A DNA stretch of 64,000 nt, taken from a bacterium (GTDB lineage Bacteria; Bacillota_I; Bacilli_A; Izemoplasmatales; Hujiaoplasmataceae). Shown here in pieces: positions 20,777-30,580 of the stretch (its first letter is position 1; each line of letters opens with the position of its first letter). Both the position numbers and the translations under genes were made by a program. The notes below the pieces were generated by a model. That model was not told where the DNA came from, did no database searches, and saw nothing but the letters and a program-made list of their open reading frames with translations. The stretch lies in contig JAUXXX010000127.1 of the NCBI GenBank assembly GCA_030684695.1, positions 8,250-72,249 of the forward strand, in the 5' to 3' direction.

Positions 20777-21139
20777 TTATATGGTTTTGATGTCGACAAC
20801 GACACCGTCATTACTTTTTACATGAACTGCGGATCCTTTGACACTGAGTAATCGAATCATATCTTGCTTACTGATAGGAATGGACTCTCCAGCATACTTT
20901 TCAAGTTTGACAAACGATAGACAAATTCGAATGAACAAAATCGAGATTGGTAAGAAGAATAAGAAGTTGATCCATCGACTGACTTTTGGTTCATCTGGAA
21001 TTGTTAAGCGTAGTTTTACAAAGTGTGCTCTTTTTTGTTTTACCACTGGTGTTGGTTTCATCGGTTCAAAGAGTTCCTTATATGTTGCCTTTGCGCTTCT
21101 TTTTTTTGTGGAACATTCATACAGAAGTTGATTATTCAC
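20777..21139 (-). CDS. hypothetical single-TM protein (120 aa), first gene of the DUF2089 cluster
   Basis: GTG start with GAGGTG RBS. Central TM (WINFLFFLPISILFIRICLSFV). The C-terminal VHVKSNDGVVVDIKTI resembles the SADGDxVRI motif of 19639-20034. Confidence 0.45.
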   Translation of the reverse strand: MNNQLLYECSTKKRSAKATYKELFEPMKPTPVVKQKRAHFVKLRLTIPDEPKVSRWINFLFFLPISILFIRICLSFVKLEKYAGESIPISKQDMIRLLSVKGSAVHVKSNDGVVVDIKTI

Positions 21140-21242
21140 TCTTTTTCACCTCAAAACTTTTATTTTATTAATTTCTGACTTAATTATATGAAACATTTTT
21201 GTATAAATCAAGTGTTTTTTTAATATTTTTTTAAATAAAATA

Positions 21243-21262
21243 AAACGTCTCTTAAGAGACGT
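21243..21262. terminator. palindromic bidirectional terminator at the VanZ stop
   Basis: AACGTCTC-ttaa-GAGACGTT flanked by T/A runs on both sides. Confidence 0.6.
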
Positions 21263-21701
21263 TGTTTTTTTTGTTATATTTTCGATTTATGATGATGATG
21301 AAACAAAATGTTCCTCCAAGTAGATATCCTCCATAATTGAATACTAAGGCATCGATGATACTTGGACCTCGACCTTGCACAAATAATTGAAGTACTTCAC
21401 CAACGACAGATAATACTAGACCAATCCCCAAAATGTAAATCCACTTTTTTCGAAATCCTTGAAAAGAAATCGTCCATAACACTCCTGCAATTCCAAACGA
21501 AGCCATGTGGGCTATTTTCCTTATAATGGTATGCCATAATTCGATATCGATGATGAGTCTAGGAAACATCTGAGAAACAAAGGTTGTGATTGCTTCTACA
21601 AATGAGCCACTTAAACTTCCAGAAGTTTCACCACTTTGCAAAGAAAAAGACAAAATAAACAATGAATATAAGATACTGATGAGGAAAATACCCATTTTCA
21701 T
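21252..21701 (-). CDS. VanZ-family membrane protein
   Basis: 4 TM helices and the [13 protein letters not shown] motif typical of VanZ. Overlaps the uvrB stop by 4 nt. Confidence 0.7.
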   Translation of the reverse strand: MKMGIFLISILYSLFILSFSLQSGETSGSLSGSFVEAITTFVSQMFPRLIIDIELWHTIIRKIAHMASFGIAGVLWTISFQGFRKKWIYILGIGLVLSVVGEVLQLFVQGRGPSIIDALVFNYGGYLLGGTFCFIIIINRKYNKKNNVS

Positions 21702-23662
21702 TTTATATGGCCTTTCATGTCAATAATAATATCACGAAGTTCAGCTGCACGTTCAAAATCGAGTTCTTTGGCAGCTGCGACCATTTGCTTTTCTAAAATT
21801 GAAATGCTTTTTTCCAAATCTTTTTTGGAAAGACGTTTGTAATCCACTTCACCAGTTTTTGCATCTACTTTTATACTAACCGCCTCATGGACAGCTTTCA
21901 ATATGGTTTTGGGTTCTATGTGGTTCACAATGTTGTGCTCATTTTGAATGGCTCGTCTGCGATTGGTTTCGCTAATAGCAAACTTCATAGAATCCGTCAT
22001 TTTGTCGGCATACATCACAACTTTTCCATGTACGTTACGCGCCGCGCGCCCTATAATTTGAACAAGGGAGCGTCCGCTTCGTAAAAATCCTTCTTTATCA
22101 GCATCCAAAATAGCAATAAAGGATACTTCTGGTAAATCTAAACCTTCCCGAAGTAAATTGATTCCAACTAAAATATCATAGACTCCTAGTCGCAGTTTAC
22201 GGATGATTTCAAGTCGTTCCAGCGACTTAATCTCAGAGTGAAGATACGCCACTTTATATCCTAAACTTTTTAAATAGTCCGTTAAGTCTTCGGACATCTT
22301 AATGGTTAGTGTAGTGATTAAAATGCGTTCTTTTCTTGCAATCGTTGTTTCAATTTCTTGAATCAAATCATCAATTTGACCGTCCGACTTTCGAACAAAC
22401 ACTTCTGGGTCAAGCAATCCAGTAGGACGAATGATTTGTTGAATGACTTGAGGAGATCGTTGTAGTTCATAATCCCCTGGAGTAGCCGAAACATAGACCA
22501 CTTGATTGATTTTCTCATTGAACTCACCGAAGTTAAGAGGTCGGTTATCTAGTGCACTTGGCAAACGGAATCCATAATCAACTAAGGTTTGTTTACGCGA
22601 GCGATCTCCATTATACATCCCTCTTACTTGTGGAAGTGTGACGTGAGATTCATCGACAATTAACAAGAAATCTTTGGGAAAAAAATCAATCAATACCGCT
22701 GGCGTTTCCCCACTGTCTCGAAGGGTTAAGTGACGGGAATAGTTTTCAACACCTGAGCAGGTACCCATTTCTTTAAGCATTTCTAAATCATACATGGTCC
22801 GTTGTTCAATGCGCTGTGCTTCAAGTAACTGATTATTTGCTTTAAAAAAATCGATTCGTTCGATTAACTCTGTTTTAATACGATGCATTGCTTCGTCAAG
22901 TTTATTACGATTGGTGATAAAGTGTGATGCTGGAAATAAAGATACAACTTGTAAATCTTGAACGATTTCGCCGGTCACAACATTAAATTTGCGAATACGT
23001 TGGATTCGATCAAAATCAAATTCAATGCGAATGGCATTGGTTTTTTCATACGTTGGCAATACTTCTACTACATCCCCGCGAACACGAAAGGATCCTCGAC
23101 TAAAGTCAATATCATTACGAACAAACAAGATAGTAACGAGCTTTTCTAATAGTTCATCGCGAGAATTGATTTCTCCTGCACGAAGTGTAAGCATACCATC
23201 TCGGTAATCATCCGGATCACCGATGCCATAAATACAAGAAACAGAGGCTACGACGATGACATCTCTTCGTTCGAGTAAAGAAGAGGTCGCTGCATGCCGT
23301 AGTTCATCGATTTCTTCGTTGGTTTTTGAATCTTTTTCGATATATAGATCTTTTCCTGGAACATAGGCTTCTGGTTGATAATAGTCATAGTAGGAGATGA
23401 AATATTCTACTCTGTTTTCTGGAAAATATGCTTTAAACTCATTATATAATTGTCCAGCTAGTGTTTTGTTATGTGCCAGTACCAAAACTGGTCGATTCAA
23501 TTGTTCAATCACGTGGCTCATTGTATAGGTTTTCCCTGTACCTGTGGCACCAAGCAAAACAAGTTCTTTTTCTCCTTGTTGTAACCGATTTACAATTTCT
23601 TCAATGGCTTTGGGTTGATCTCCGGTTGGAAAATAATCACTCGCTAGTTTAAAAAGACTCAT
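21698..23662 (-). CDS. uvrB: excinuclease ABC subunit B
   Basis: GATGTGKT Walker A, DESH box, QIIGRAARN motif VI, and the C-terminal UVR domain ([12 protein letters not shown]). Start set at ATG 23662 (AAGGTGA RBS). Confidence 0.97.
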   Translation of the reverse strand: MSLFKLASDYFPTGDQPKAIEEIVNRLQQGEKELVLLGATGTGKTYTMSHVIEQLNRPVLVLAHNKTLAGQLYNEFKAYFPENRVEYFISYYDYYQPEAYVPGKDLYIEKDSKTNEEIDELRHAATSSLLERRDVIVVASVSCIYGIGDPDDYRDGMLTLRAGEINSRDELLEKLVTILFVRNDIDFSRGSFRVRGDVVEVLPTYEKTNAIRIEFDFDRIQRIRKFNVVTGEIVQDLQVVSLFPASHFITNRNKLDEAMHRIKTELIERIDFFKANNQLLEAQRIEQRTMYDLEMLKEMGTCSGVENYSRHLTLRDSGETPAVLIDFFPKDFLLIVDESHVTLPQVRGMYNGDRSRKQTLVDYGFRLPSALDNRPLNFGEFNEKINQVVYVSATPGDYELQRSPQVIQQIIRPTGLLDPEVFVRKSDGQIDDLIQEIETTIARKERILITTLTIKMSEDLTDYLKSLGYKVAYLHSEIKSLERLEIIRKLRLGVYDILVGINLLREGLDLPEVSFIAILDADKEGFLRSGRSLVQIIGRAARNVHGKVVMYADKMTDSMKFAISETNRRRAIQNEHNIVNHIEPKTILKAVHEAVSIKVDAKTGEVDYKRLSKKDLEKSISILEKQMVAAAKELDFERAAELRDIIIDMKGHIK

Positions 23663-23815
23663 ACATATCACCTTATAACATTATAGCATACAATTGTTCC
23701 TCCTGAAACTACCTGAAGATTTAGCACTCTCTAAAAAGCACAAAACTCAGTGGTTTTCTATGATATAATAAACGTAGAGGAAGTTATAACTGAGGTATCC
23801 TACAAGTGCTACTTC

Positions 23816-23843
23816 ATACTAATCTCGAACAATCGTTTTTCAA
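23816..23843 (-). promoter_or_regulatory. candidate uvrB promoter (TTGAAA-16 nt-TAGTAT) with a Cheo/SOS-like box in the spacer
   Basis: The plus-strand sequence CGAACAATCGTTTT at 23826-23839 matches GAAC-N4-GTTC at 7 of 8 half-site positions. Confidence 0.35.
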
Positions 23844-23870
23844 TGAAAAAACGGAAATGAGGAATCCTTT

Positions 23871-25490
23871 ATGCGTGTTGTTCTAGTTAGCATCGATGCT
23901 AAGTATATTCATACCAATCTAGCCGTCCGGTTATTAAAGGCCAACACAACGTATCCTGTGGACCTGTTGGAGTTCACAATTAAGGATGGTGTCGATACCA
24001 TACTCGAACAAATCGCCTCTTTTCAGGCAGATGTCATTGGCTTTAGCGTCTATTTGTGGAATCGTGAAATCGTTGTGGATTTGATTGATAAAATTAAATC
24101 CACAAGTTCAGCCAAGATTATCTTAGGTGGGCCTGAAGTCAGTTATGATGTTGAAGAGCTATTCTTAAAAACAAAAGTAGATTTTGTTATTTCTGGAGAA
24201 GGTGAAATCGCATTCCATCATCTATTGGAAGCACTTGATAATTCCACCCCAGTTCAAGACATTCAAAATCTATCTTATAAAAACAATGAAGGCCTTCACT
24301 CTAATACAGTAAAACCTATCCCCGTGCTGGCAAAATTACAAAGTGGGTATCAAGTAGTTCCAATCAATCCCCATAAAATTCAATACATAGAAAGTTCAAG
24401 AGGTTGTCCATATCGTTGTTCGTATTGTTTGGCTTCTTTGGATAAACCAGTACGTTACTTTGATGAAGAGCAACTGAAAGAAAATCTACTTGAGCTAATC
24501 AATAGCAACGCAAAAGTCTTTAAATTTTTAGATCGGACATTCAATGCACACATTAATCGCTCCAAAAGAATCTTTGATTTTATTATCAAACATCATCGAG
24601 TTGGTCAATCCTTCCAGTTTGAAATAACAGGCGATGTTTTTCCTCAATCGCTCATCGATTATTTGCATGAAGTCGCCCCTAAACACTTATTTCGATTTGA
24701 AATTGGCATTCAATCCACTAATCTTGAAACCAATCAACTTGTTGATCGCATCCAAAACAACCAAAAGTTGTTTCAAATGATTGAATGCATCCAAAAACAT
24801 CAAATCATTGATTTGCATTTAGACTTAATCGCTGGCTTACCCAAAGAAACAAAGCCTATTTTTCAAAAAACATTCAACGATGTCTTCGCACTTCGACCCT
24901 CAGAACTTCAACTTGGATTTCTCAAGTTCTTAAAAGGCACTAAAATACGCCAAGAAGCTCATAAGTATGACTATTTATTTCAAGAAAATCCTCCCTATGA
25001 GATCATTCAAAGCACGGATATTTCAATCGCAGACCTTAAAGAAATCCACAAAGTGGAAGAGATGCTTGAAATCTTTTGGAACAAGCGTTATTTCCCTATG
25101 ACATTTGAACAACTCAAAGAACTAGAAGATCCCTATTCTTTCTTTTATAAGTTGTATGAATTTCTATCGAAACCGATTTCAAAATCTTTGCCAATGCTTG
25201 CACAATCATTCGAGTCCTTTCTTACATCCAATCCTGATTATGATTTGGCCAGTCGTTATGTCAAAATCGATTATTTAAAACACCACCCCATAAAACCTAA
25301 GATTTGGTGGGAACAAGCCTTTAGTATCCATGAAAGAAAACAAATCATTCGAGTATTTCAAAGCAAAAACCCTATCTTCCTCATTGATGATTTGTACAAA
25401 CGAGCTGTACTTGTCCCTCATAAAGATACCTTCAACATCGCTATCTTCGAACCAGCTGGAGTCGTTATCTTTCCACTTGTACTTGAATAA
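23871..25490 (+). CDS. B12-binding-domain radical SAM protein (DUF4080-type C-terminus)
   Basis: N-terminal B12-like Rossmann region, CPYRCSYC radical SAM cluster motif, and a long helical C-terminal extension. Confidence 0.8.
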   Translation: MRVVLVSIDAKYIHTNLAVRLLKANTTYPVDLLEFTIKDGVDTILEQIASFQADVIGFSVYLWNREIVVDLIDKIKSTSSAKIILGGPEVSYDVEELFLKTKVDFVISGEGEIAFHHLLEALDNSTPVQDIQNLSYKNNEGLHSNTVKPIPVLAKLQSGYQVVPINPHKIQYIESSRGCPYRCSYCLASLDKPVRYFDEEQLKENLLELINSNAKVFKFLDRTFNAHINRSKRIFDFIIKHHRVGQSFQFEITGDVFPQSLIDYLHEVAPKHLFRFEIGIQSTNLETNQLVDRIQNNQKLFQMIECIQKHQIIDLHLDLIAGLPKETKPIFQKTFNDVFALRPSELQLGFLKFLKGTKIRQEAHKYDYLFQENPPYEIIQSTDISIADLKEIHKVEEMLEIFWNKRYFPMTFEQLKELEDPYSFFYKLYEFLSKPISKSLPMLAQSFESFLTSNPDYDLASRYVKIDYLKHHPIKPKIWWEQAFSIHERKQIIRVFQSKNPIFLIDDLYKRAVLVPHKDTFNIAIFEPAGVVIFPLVLE

Positions 25491-25513
25491 TTCAAACTCA
25501 ATTGCTTTTCCTA

Positions 25514-25542
25514 TTGATATATTCTTTCTAATGAGTTAAAAT
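25514..25542 (+). promoter_or_regulatory. sigma-A type promoter of the BMP/nucleoside ABC operon
   Basis: TTGATA, 17 nt spacer, TAAAAT. Confidence 0.5.
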
Positions 25543-25589
25543 CTAATTAAATCGTAGTTTAAAAAAACTACAAAAAAAAGGAGATTGAA

Positions 25590-26699
25590 ATGAAAAAGAT
25601 ATTGTCTATCCTCGCAGTATTCATTTTCGCAGTGGTATTGTTCGCATGTCAAAACGGTGCTAAAACCGAATGGAAAATTGTCATGCTTACCGACGTAGGA
25701 ACCATTACGGATAAGTCATTCAACCAAGGAACATGGGAAGGTGTTAAAGCTTTTGCAGAAGAACATGAAATTAATCACATGTACTTTAGACCAAATGCAG
25801 GAACGAAAGCAGATTACTTAGAAGCTATTGATTTAGTAGTAGCAAATGGAGCAAACGTTATCGTGACTCCTGGATTCTTATTCGAAACTGCAATCTATGA
25901 AGCACAAACAAGATATCCAAATGTATACTTTATCCTTATTGATGGTGTTCCTCAATTAGGGGATTACTCCACTTACGAAACAAAGAGCAATACTGTTAAT
26001 ATCTTATTCCAAGAAGAACAATCTGGTTTCTTAGCAGGATACGCTGCAGTTGCAGATGGTTATACAAAACTTGGATTCATGGGTGGAATGGCTGTCCCAG
26101 CCGTTGTTCGTTTCGGTCTTGGATTCGTTGCTGGAGCATATTATGCGGCTAATGCACTAAGCAAAACCATTACATTCGAAGCTGAAAGATATGAGTATCT
26201 TGGAAACTTCGATGACTTACCAAATCATACTACAAAAGCAAACAGCTGGTATGCAGCTGGTGTTGAAATAATATTCGTCGCTGCTGGTGGAGCAGGAAAC
26301 TCTGTTATGAAAGCTGCTGAAGATTCGTCTACAGTTGCTGTACCAAAAAAAGTAATCGGCGTTGACGTTGACCAATCTGGCGAATCCGCTACCGTCATCT
26401 CTTCTGCAATGAAACAACTAGCTGTTGCTGTTCAACAAGAATTAAAAGCCCTTATCATTGATAATGCCTTCAAAGGCGGACAAACCTTGATTAAAGGTGC
26501 TGTCGAAGGCGGCGTTGGTCTTCCATTAGGAGCTTCCTTCAAGTTCGCAACATTCACTGAATCTCAATACACAACCTTGTTAAATCAAGTGAAAAACGGT
26601 ACTATCGTTGTTCCACAAACCAAAGCTGAGTTGATTACATTCTTAAGTCAACACGCTGGAAACCCATCGATTACACCACTAGTAAATAGAGTTAGCTAA
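25590..26699 (+). CDS. BMP-family (PnrA/Med-like) ABC substrate-binding lipoprotein, probable nucleoside binding
   Basis: Lipobox LFAC. The pattern TDVGTITDKSFNQGTWEG...GFLAGYAA...IGVDVDQS is characteristic of the BMP family. Confidence 0.85.
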   Translation: MKKILSILAVFIFAVVLFACQNGAKTEWKIVMLTDVGTITDKSFNQGTWEGVKAFAEEHEINHMYFRPNAGTKADYLEAIDLVVANGANVIVTPGFLFETAIYEAQTRYPNVYFILIDGVPQLGDYSTYETKSNTVNILFQEEQSGFLAGYAAVADGYTKLGFMGGMAVPAVVRFGLGFVAGAYYAANALSKTITFEAERYEYLGNFDDLPNHTTKANSWYAAGVEIIFVAAGGAGNSVMKAAEDSSTVAVPKKVIGVDVDQSGESATVISSAMKQLAVAVQQELKALIIDNAFKGGQTLIKGAVEGGVGLPLGASFKFATFTESQYTTLLNQVKNGTIVVPQTKAELITFLSQHAGNPSITPLVNRVS

Positions 26700-26721
26700 C
26701 AAAGTTATTTTTTGATGATTT

Positions 26722-26750
26722 GAGGGGTGAGATTCACACCCCTCTTTTTC
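26722..26750 (+). terminator. intra-operon hairpin/terminator after the binding-protein gene
   Basis: GAGGGGTG-7 nt-CACCCCTC followed by T5. Confidence 0.65.
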
Positions 26751-26766
26751 AAACAAGGAGGTAATT

Positions 26767-28323
26767 ATGAATTACGCGATTGAAATGATTAACATCACAA
26801 AAACCTTCGGAACATTGATTGCGAATGATAACATTACTTTTCAGGTTAAGCCAGGTGAAATTCATGCTATTTTAGGGGAGAATGGAGCTGGTAAATCGAC
26901 ACTGATGTCCATTCTGTTTGGTTTATATACTGCAGACTCTGGGACTATTCTAATTAATGGTCAAGAAGTGAAGATTAAAAACCCAAATGATGCAAATCGT
27001 TACAAAATCGGAATGGTCCACCAACATTTTAAATTGGTGGATGTTTTTAGTGTTATTGACAATATTCTTTTGGGTGCAGAAACAACAAAACACGGTTTTA
27101 TGCAAAACGATGTACCTCGAAAAGCCATCGAAGAGTTGTCTATTCGATATGCTCTTAAGGTGGATTTAGACTCTTATATTAAAGATATCAGTGTGGGAAT
27201 GCAACAACGGGTTGAGATTCTCAAAATGTTATATCGAAATGCAGATATCTTAATCTTTGATGAGCCAACAGCTGTTCTTACTCCTCAAGAAATTGAAGGG
27301 TTATTCAAAGTCATTAAGGCATTTGCTGCAGAAGGAAAATCGATTATTATCATTACTCACAAATTAAATGAAATCAAGGCAATCGCTCAACGCTGCACTG
27401 TGTTACGAAAGGGAAAACACGTTGCCACAGTAGACGTATCGAATACATCCGTGGAAAGACTGGCGGAACTAATGGTAGGTCGTGACGTTTCTTTTGAAGT
27501 AGAGAAATCAAAAGCAAATCCCAAAGAAGTTGTCCTTGAAGTAAAAAACCTCAACTTACAAAACAAAGATCGCACGAAAATGATTCTTAAGAATGTTAAC
27601 TTTCAAGTGAAAGCCGGCGAAATTGTTTGTATTGCTGGAATTGAGGGGAATGGACAGACTCAACTGATTAACCTCATTACCGGGCTGGATAAACTGCATG
27701 ACTTGAACTCTCACATAACATTGAACGGCGCGGATATTACAAACGTAAGCATTCGAAAACGATTTGAATTAGGGATGTCACACATTCCTGAAGACCGTCA
27801 AAAATATGGATTAATTCTTGATTACACTCTGAGTGAAAATATGATTTCGAATACCTATTACTTTGATAAGTTTCAAAAAAATGGACTATTGAAGTTTGAA
27901 GCGATTTCTGCGTATACAAATCAGTTGATTGAACAATATGATATCCGAAGTAGTATGGGAGAGTATACAAAAACACGCTCCATGTCAGGTGGTAATCAGC
28001 AAAAAGCAATCATCGCCAGAGAAACTTCGAGGGAGCATCATCTATTGATTGCGGCTCAACCAACTCGCGGACTCGATGTAGGAGCGATTGAATATGTTCA
28101 TAAAACCATCGTTGCTCAACGTGATTTAAACCATGCAATCTTAGTGGTTTCACTTGAACTAGATGAAGTAATGACCATAAGTGATCGTATTCTAGTAATG
28201 TATGAAGGTGAAATTGTGGGCGAATTCGATCCTTTGAAAACAACAGTGGAAGAAATTGGTCTTTATATGTCTGGATCGAAAAGAATGGAGTTGAGTACAG
28301 ATGACATTCCAAGCATTCATTAA
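26767..28323 (+). CDS. ABC transporter ATP-binding protein, duplicated NBD (sugar/nucleoside CUT2 type)
   Basis: NBD1 has GENGAGKST. NBD2 has GIEGNGQTQL, plus MSGGNQQK. 518 aa. Confidence 0.9.
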   Translation: MNYAIEMINITKTFGTLIANDNITFQVKPGEIHAILGENGAGKSTLMSILFGLYTADSGTILINGQEVKIKNPNDANRYKIGMVHQHFKLVDVFSVIDNILLGAETTKHGFMQNDVPRKAIEELSIRYALKVDLDSYIKDISVGMQQRVEILKMLYRNADILIFDEPTAVLTPQEIEGLFKVIKAFAAEGKSIIIITHKLNEIKAIAQRCTVLRKGKHVATVDVSNTSVERLAELMVGRDVSFEVEKSKANPKEVVLEVKNLNLQNKDRTKMILKNVNFQVKAGEIVCIAGIEGNGQTQLINLITGLDKLHDLNSHITLNGADITNVSIRKRFELGMSHIPEDRQKYGLILDYTLSENMISNTYYFDKFQKNGLLKFEAISAYTNQLIEQYDIRSSMGEYTKTRSMSGGNQQKAIIARETSREHHLLIAAQPTRGLDVGAIEYVHKTIVAQRDLNHAILVVSLELDEVMTISDRILVMYEGEIVGEFDPLKTTVEEIGLYMSGSKRMELSTDDIPSIH

Positions 28324-29446
28324 GAAACTTGTAGCTTCTCTTAAAAAAGCAGTCTCATCCTCTGCATTCACGAACACTTTCTTTGCGATATCCAGTGGAG
28401 TTTTGGTTGGTTTTGTGATTATGCTTTTGACAGCAAGTAGTCTTTCAAATGCTGTCAATGGTTTGTTTCGATTACTAACAGGCGGTTTTCAAAGTCCTTC
28501 CATGTTAGGAAATGTATTGTTTAGTGCCGCTCCTCTCATATTGGTGGGTCTATCTGTCGCGTTTGCTTTCAAAACCGGATTGTTTAACATAGGCGCTTCG
28601 GGGCAGTTCATGATTGGTGGTATATTTGCTTTGTATGTCGCTAATTTGGTTTCACTCCCACCTGTGATTCACTTTATCGTAGCTGCGTTAGCAGCGATTG
28701 TAGGTGGTGCAATATGGGGGTTTATACCAGGACTATTAAAAGTAAGATACAACGTAAATGAAGTAATTACCTGTATCATGCTAAACTATGTCGCTGCTTA
28801 TACTTCTGTCATGGCAGTAGAAAATCCGGCTGTATATGATCGTGGAATTACTGCAATCTCGATTGATTATCCTACTGCAGAAATTCCAAGACTTGGTTTA
28901 AACCAACTCTTTCCAGGTTCATACATTGACATGTCTATTTTAATCGCTATCGCGGTGGCGATATTGATATGGTTTATTTTAAAAAAGACCACCCTTGGAT
29001 ATCAATTAAAAGCGGTTGGATTTAGCAAAGATGCATCGAAATATGCAGGGATTCCTGTTTCAAGAAATATGATCCTTTCCATGATGATTGCTGGAGGACT
29101 TGCTGGATTAGCTGCGGCTATGAACTACTTACCTGCAAACCCTGACTATTTTAGATCCTTTTCTCAAATCAATCCCATCGGTTTCGAAGGTATTTCCATA
29201 GCATTAATCGCGCAAAGTCATCCAATTGGCATTATTTTTTCTGGAATATTCATCAGTTTCATCAAGAAAGGTGCTTTATTGATGCAGTTCTTTGGCTTTA
29301 ACAAAGAAATCACTTCGATCATTATGTCTGTAATCATCTATATGATTTCGATTTCTGCATTTGTAGGTCAATTCATCAAGAAAAGAAAACTGATGAAAAA
29401 ACAGAAGTCCAAACTGATAGATCAAAGAGGTGATGCAAATGTATAG
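28301..29446 (+). CDS. ABC transporter permease (BMP/nucleoside system)
   Basis: About 10 TM helices. Overlaps the ATPase gene. GLFNIGASGQFMIGG motif. Confidence 0.85.
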   Translation: MTFQAFIKKLVASLKKAVSSSAFTNTFFAISSGVLVGFVIMLLTASSLSNAVNGLFRLLTGGFQSPSMLGNVLFSAAPLILVGLSVAFAFKTGLFNIGASGQFMIGGIFALYVANLVSLPPVIHFIVAALAAIVGGAIWGFIPGLLKVRYNVNEVITCIMLNYVAAYTSVMAVENPAVYDRGITAISIDYPTAEIPRLGLNQLFPGSYIDMSILIAIAVAILIWFILKKTTLGYQLKAVGFSKDASKYAGIPVSRNMILSMMIAGGLAGLAAAMNYLPANPDYFRSFSQINPIGFEGISIALIAQSHPIGIIFSGIFISFIKKGALLMQFFGFNKEITSIIMSVIIYMISISAFVGQFIKKRKLMKKQKSKLIDQRGDANV

Positions 29447-30428
29447 CAACCTCATTACTTTTTTATCTCTTGTTCTAATTTTAGCGATTCCTTTGATCAT
29501 CACCGCCACAGGTGGACTGTTTACCGAGCGTAGTGGAGTTACCAACATTGCATTGGAAGGAATTATGATTCTAGGTGCATTTACTGCCTTAATCGTGACC
29601 AATCGAATCACTCCTGAATCGGTTGGTGGACCCTTTGTATTGTATTTAATTGGGATGTTCGTTGCAATTGTCACGGGTATTCTTGTGAGTATCTTACACT
29701 CTGTTGCCTCGATAAAAATGAAAGCCGATCAAATCATCAGTGCAACCGCAATTAACACCCTCGCTCCTGCACTTGCCTTATTTCTTACCTATACCTTAAC
29801 ATTAGGCGCACCTAACGATGACAAACTCCCCATTTTTAGTGGATTTAAAATTGCTCAAATACCAATTTTGTCTGATATTCCATTCATTGGCGATTTGTTC
29901 TTTCGAAATTTCTACCCTGCACTTTATTTTGGTATTATCGTTATTATCGCAGCCTATATCATTCTTTATAAGACGAAGTTTGGTTTGCGACTACGATCTT
30001 GTGGAGAAAATCCTCACGCAGCGGACTCTGCTGGAATCAACATTTACAAGATGCGTTACATTGGCGTCTCTATCTCTGGTGGATTGGCTGGATTAGGTGG
30101 ATTCTTCTATATCACTAGTTTCACTACTTCTTACCATGCCAATGTCGCTGGTTATGGATTCTTAGCCATTGCAGTATTGATTTTCGGAAACTGGAAACCA
30201 TTGAATATTGCACTGACTGCATTGTTGTTTTCAACGCTGCTAACATTTGCTCAAGGAATTGCGTTTTTCCCAGAACTAGAAAGACTCGTTACACAAACAC
30301 TAAACATTAATCTAAATCTAATCAGTATGCTTCCTTATTTGGTAACCATCATTGTACTAGTGCTCACTTCGAAAAACTCAAGATCGCCAAAAGCATTGGG
30401 TCAAACCTACGACAAAGGTCAACGTTAA
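29439..30428 (+). CDS. ABC transporter permease (BMP/nucleoside system, second subunit)
   Basis: Polytopic, with a RSGVTNIALEGIM motif. Start probably ATG 29439 (GAGGTG 6 nt upstream); the track start is 29430. Confidence 0.85.
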   Translation: MYSNLITFLSLVLILAIPLIITATGGLFTERSGVTNIALEGIMILGAFTALIVTNRITPESVGGPFVLYLIGMFVAIVTGILVSILHSVASIKMKADQIISATAINTLAPALALFLTYTLTLGAPNDDKLPIFSGFKIAQIPILSDIPFIGDLFFRNFYPALYFGIIVIIAAYIILYKTKFGLRLRSCGENPHAADSAGINIYKMRYIGVSISGGLAGLGGFFYITSFTTSYHANVAGYGFLAIAVLIFGNWKPLNIALTALLFSTLLTFAQGIAFFPELERLVTQTLNINLNLISMLPYLVTIIVLVLTSKNSRSPKALGQTYDKGQR

Positions 30429-30476
30429 CCCTCTATGCCCATTCGTTATCTCAGTCTTTAGCTTCGGTCATGAAAA

Positions 30477-30527
30477 AGAGCACTTCATTGTTGTAAAATA
30501 GCAATGAAGTGCTCTATATTTTTTTAT
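30477..30527. terminator. bidirectional terminator between the ABC operon and convergent pfkA
   Basis: 14-bp stem AGAGCACTTCATTG / CAATGAAGTGCTCT, with a T-run downstream and an A-run upstream. Confidence 0.8.
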
Positions 30528-30580
30528 TGATTATCCCTTTATCGACTTTTCCTTCATGTAGTGGTAATTCCCTGTAACCT

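Noticed and set aside
27387-28458. Several antisense ORFs (27387-27575, 27737-28009, 28010-28312, 28192-28458 on the minus strand) within the ABC ATPase/permease genes.
   Set aside because: They are opposite to strongly motif-supported ABC coding sequence. None has an RBS or a recognisable motif.
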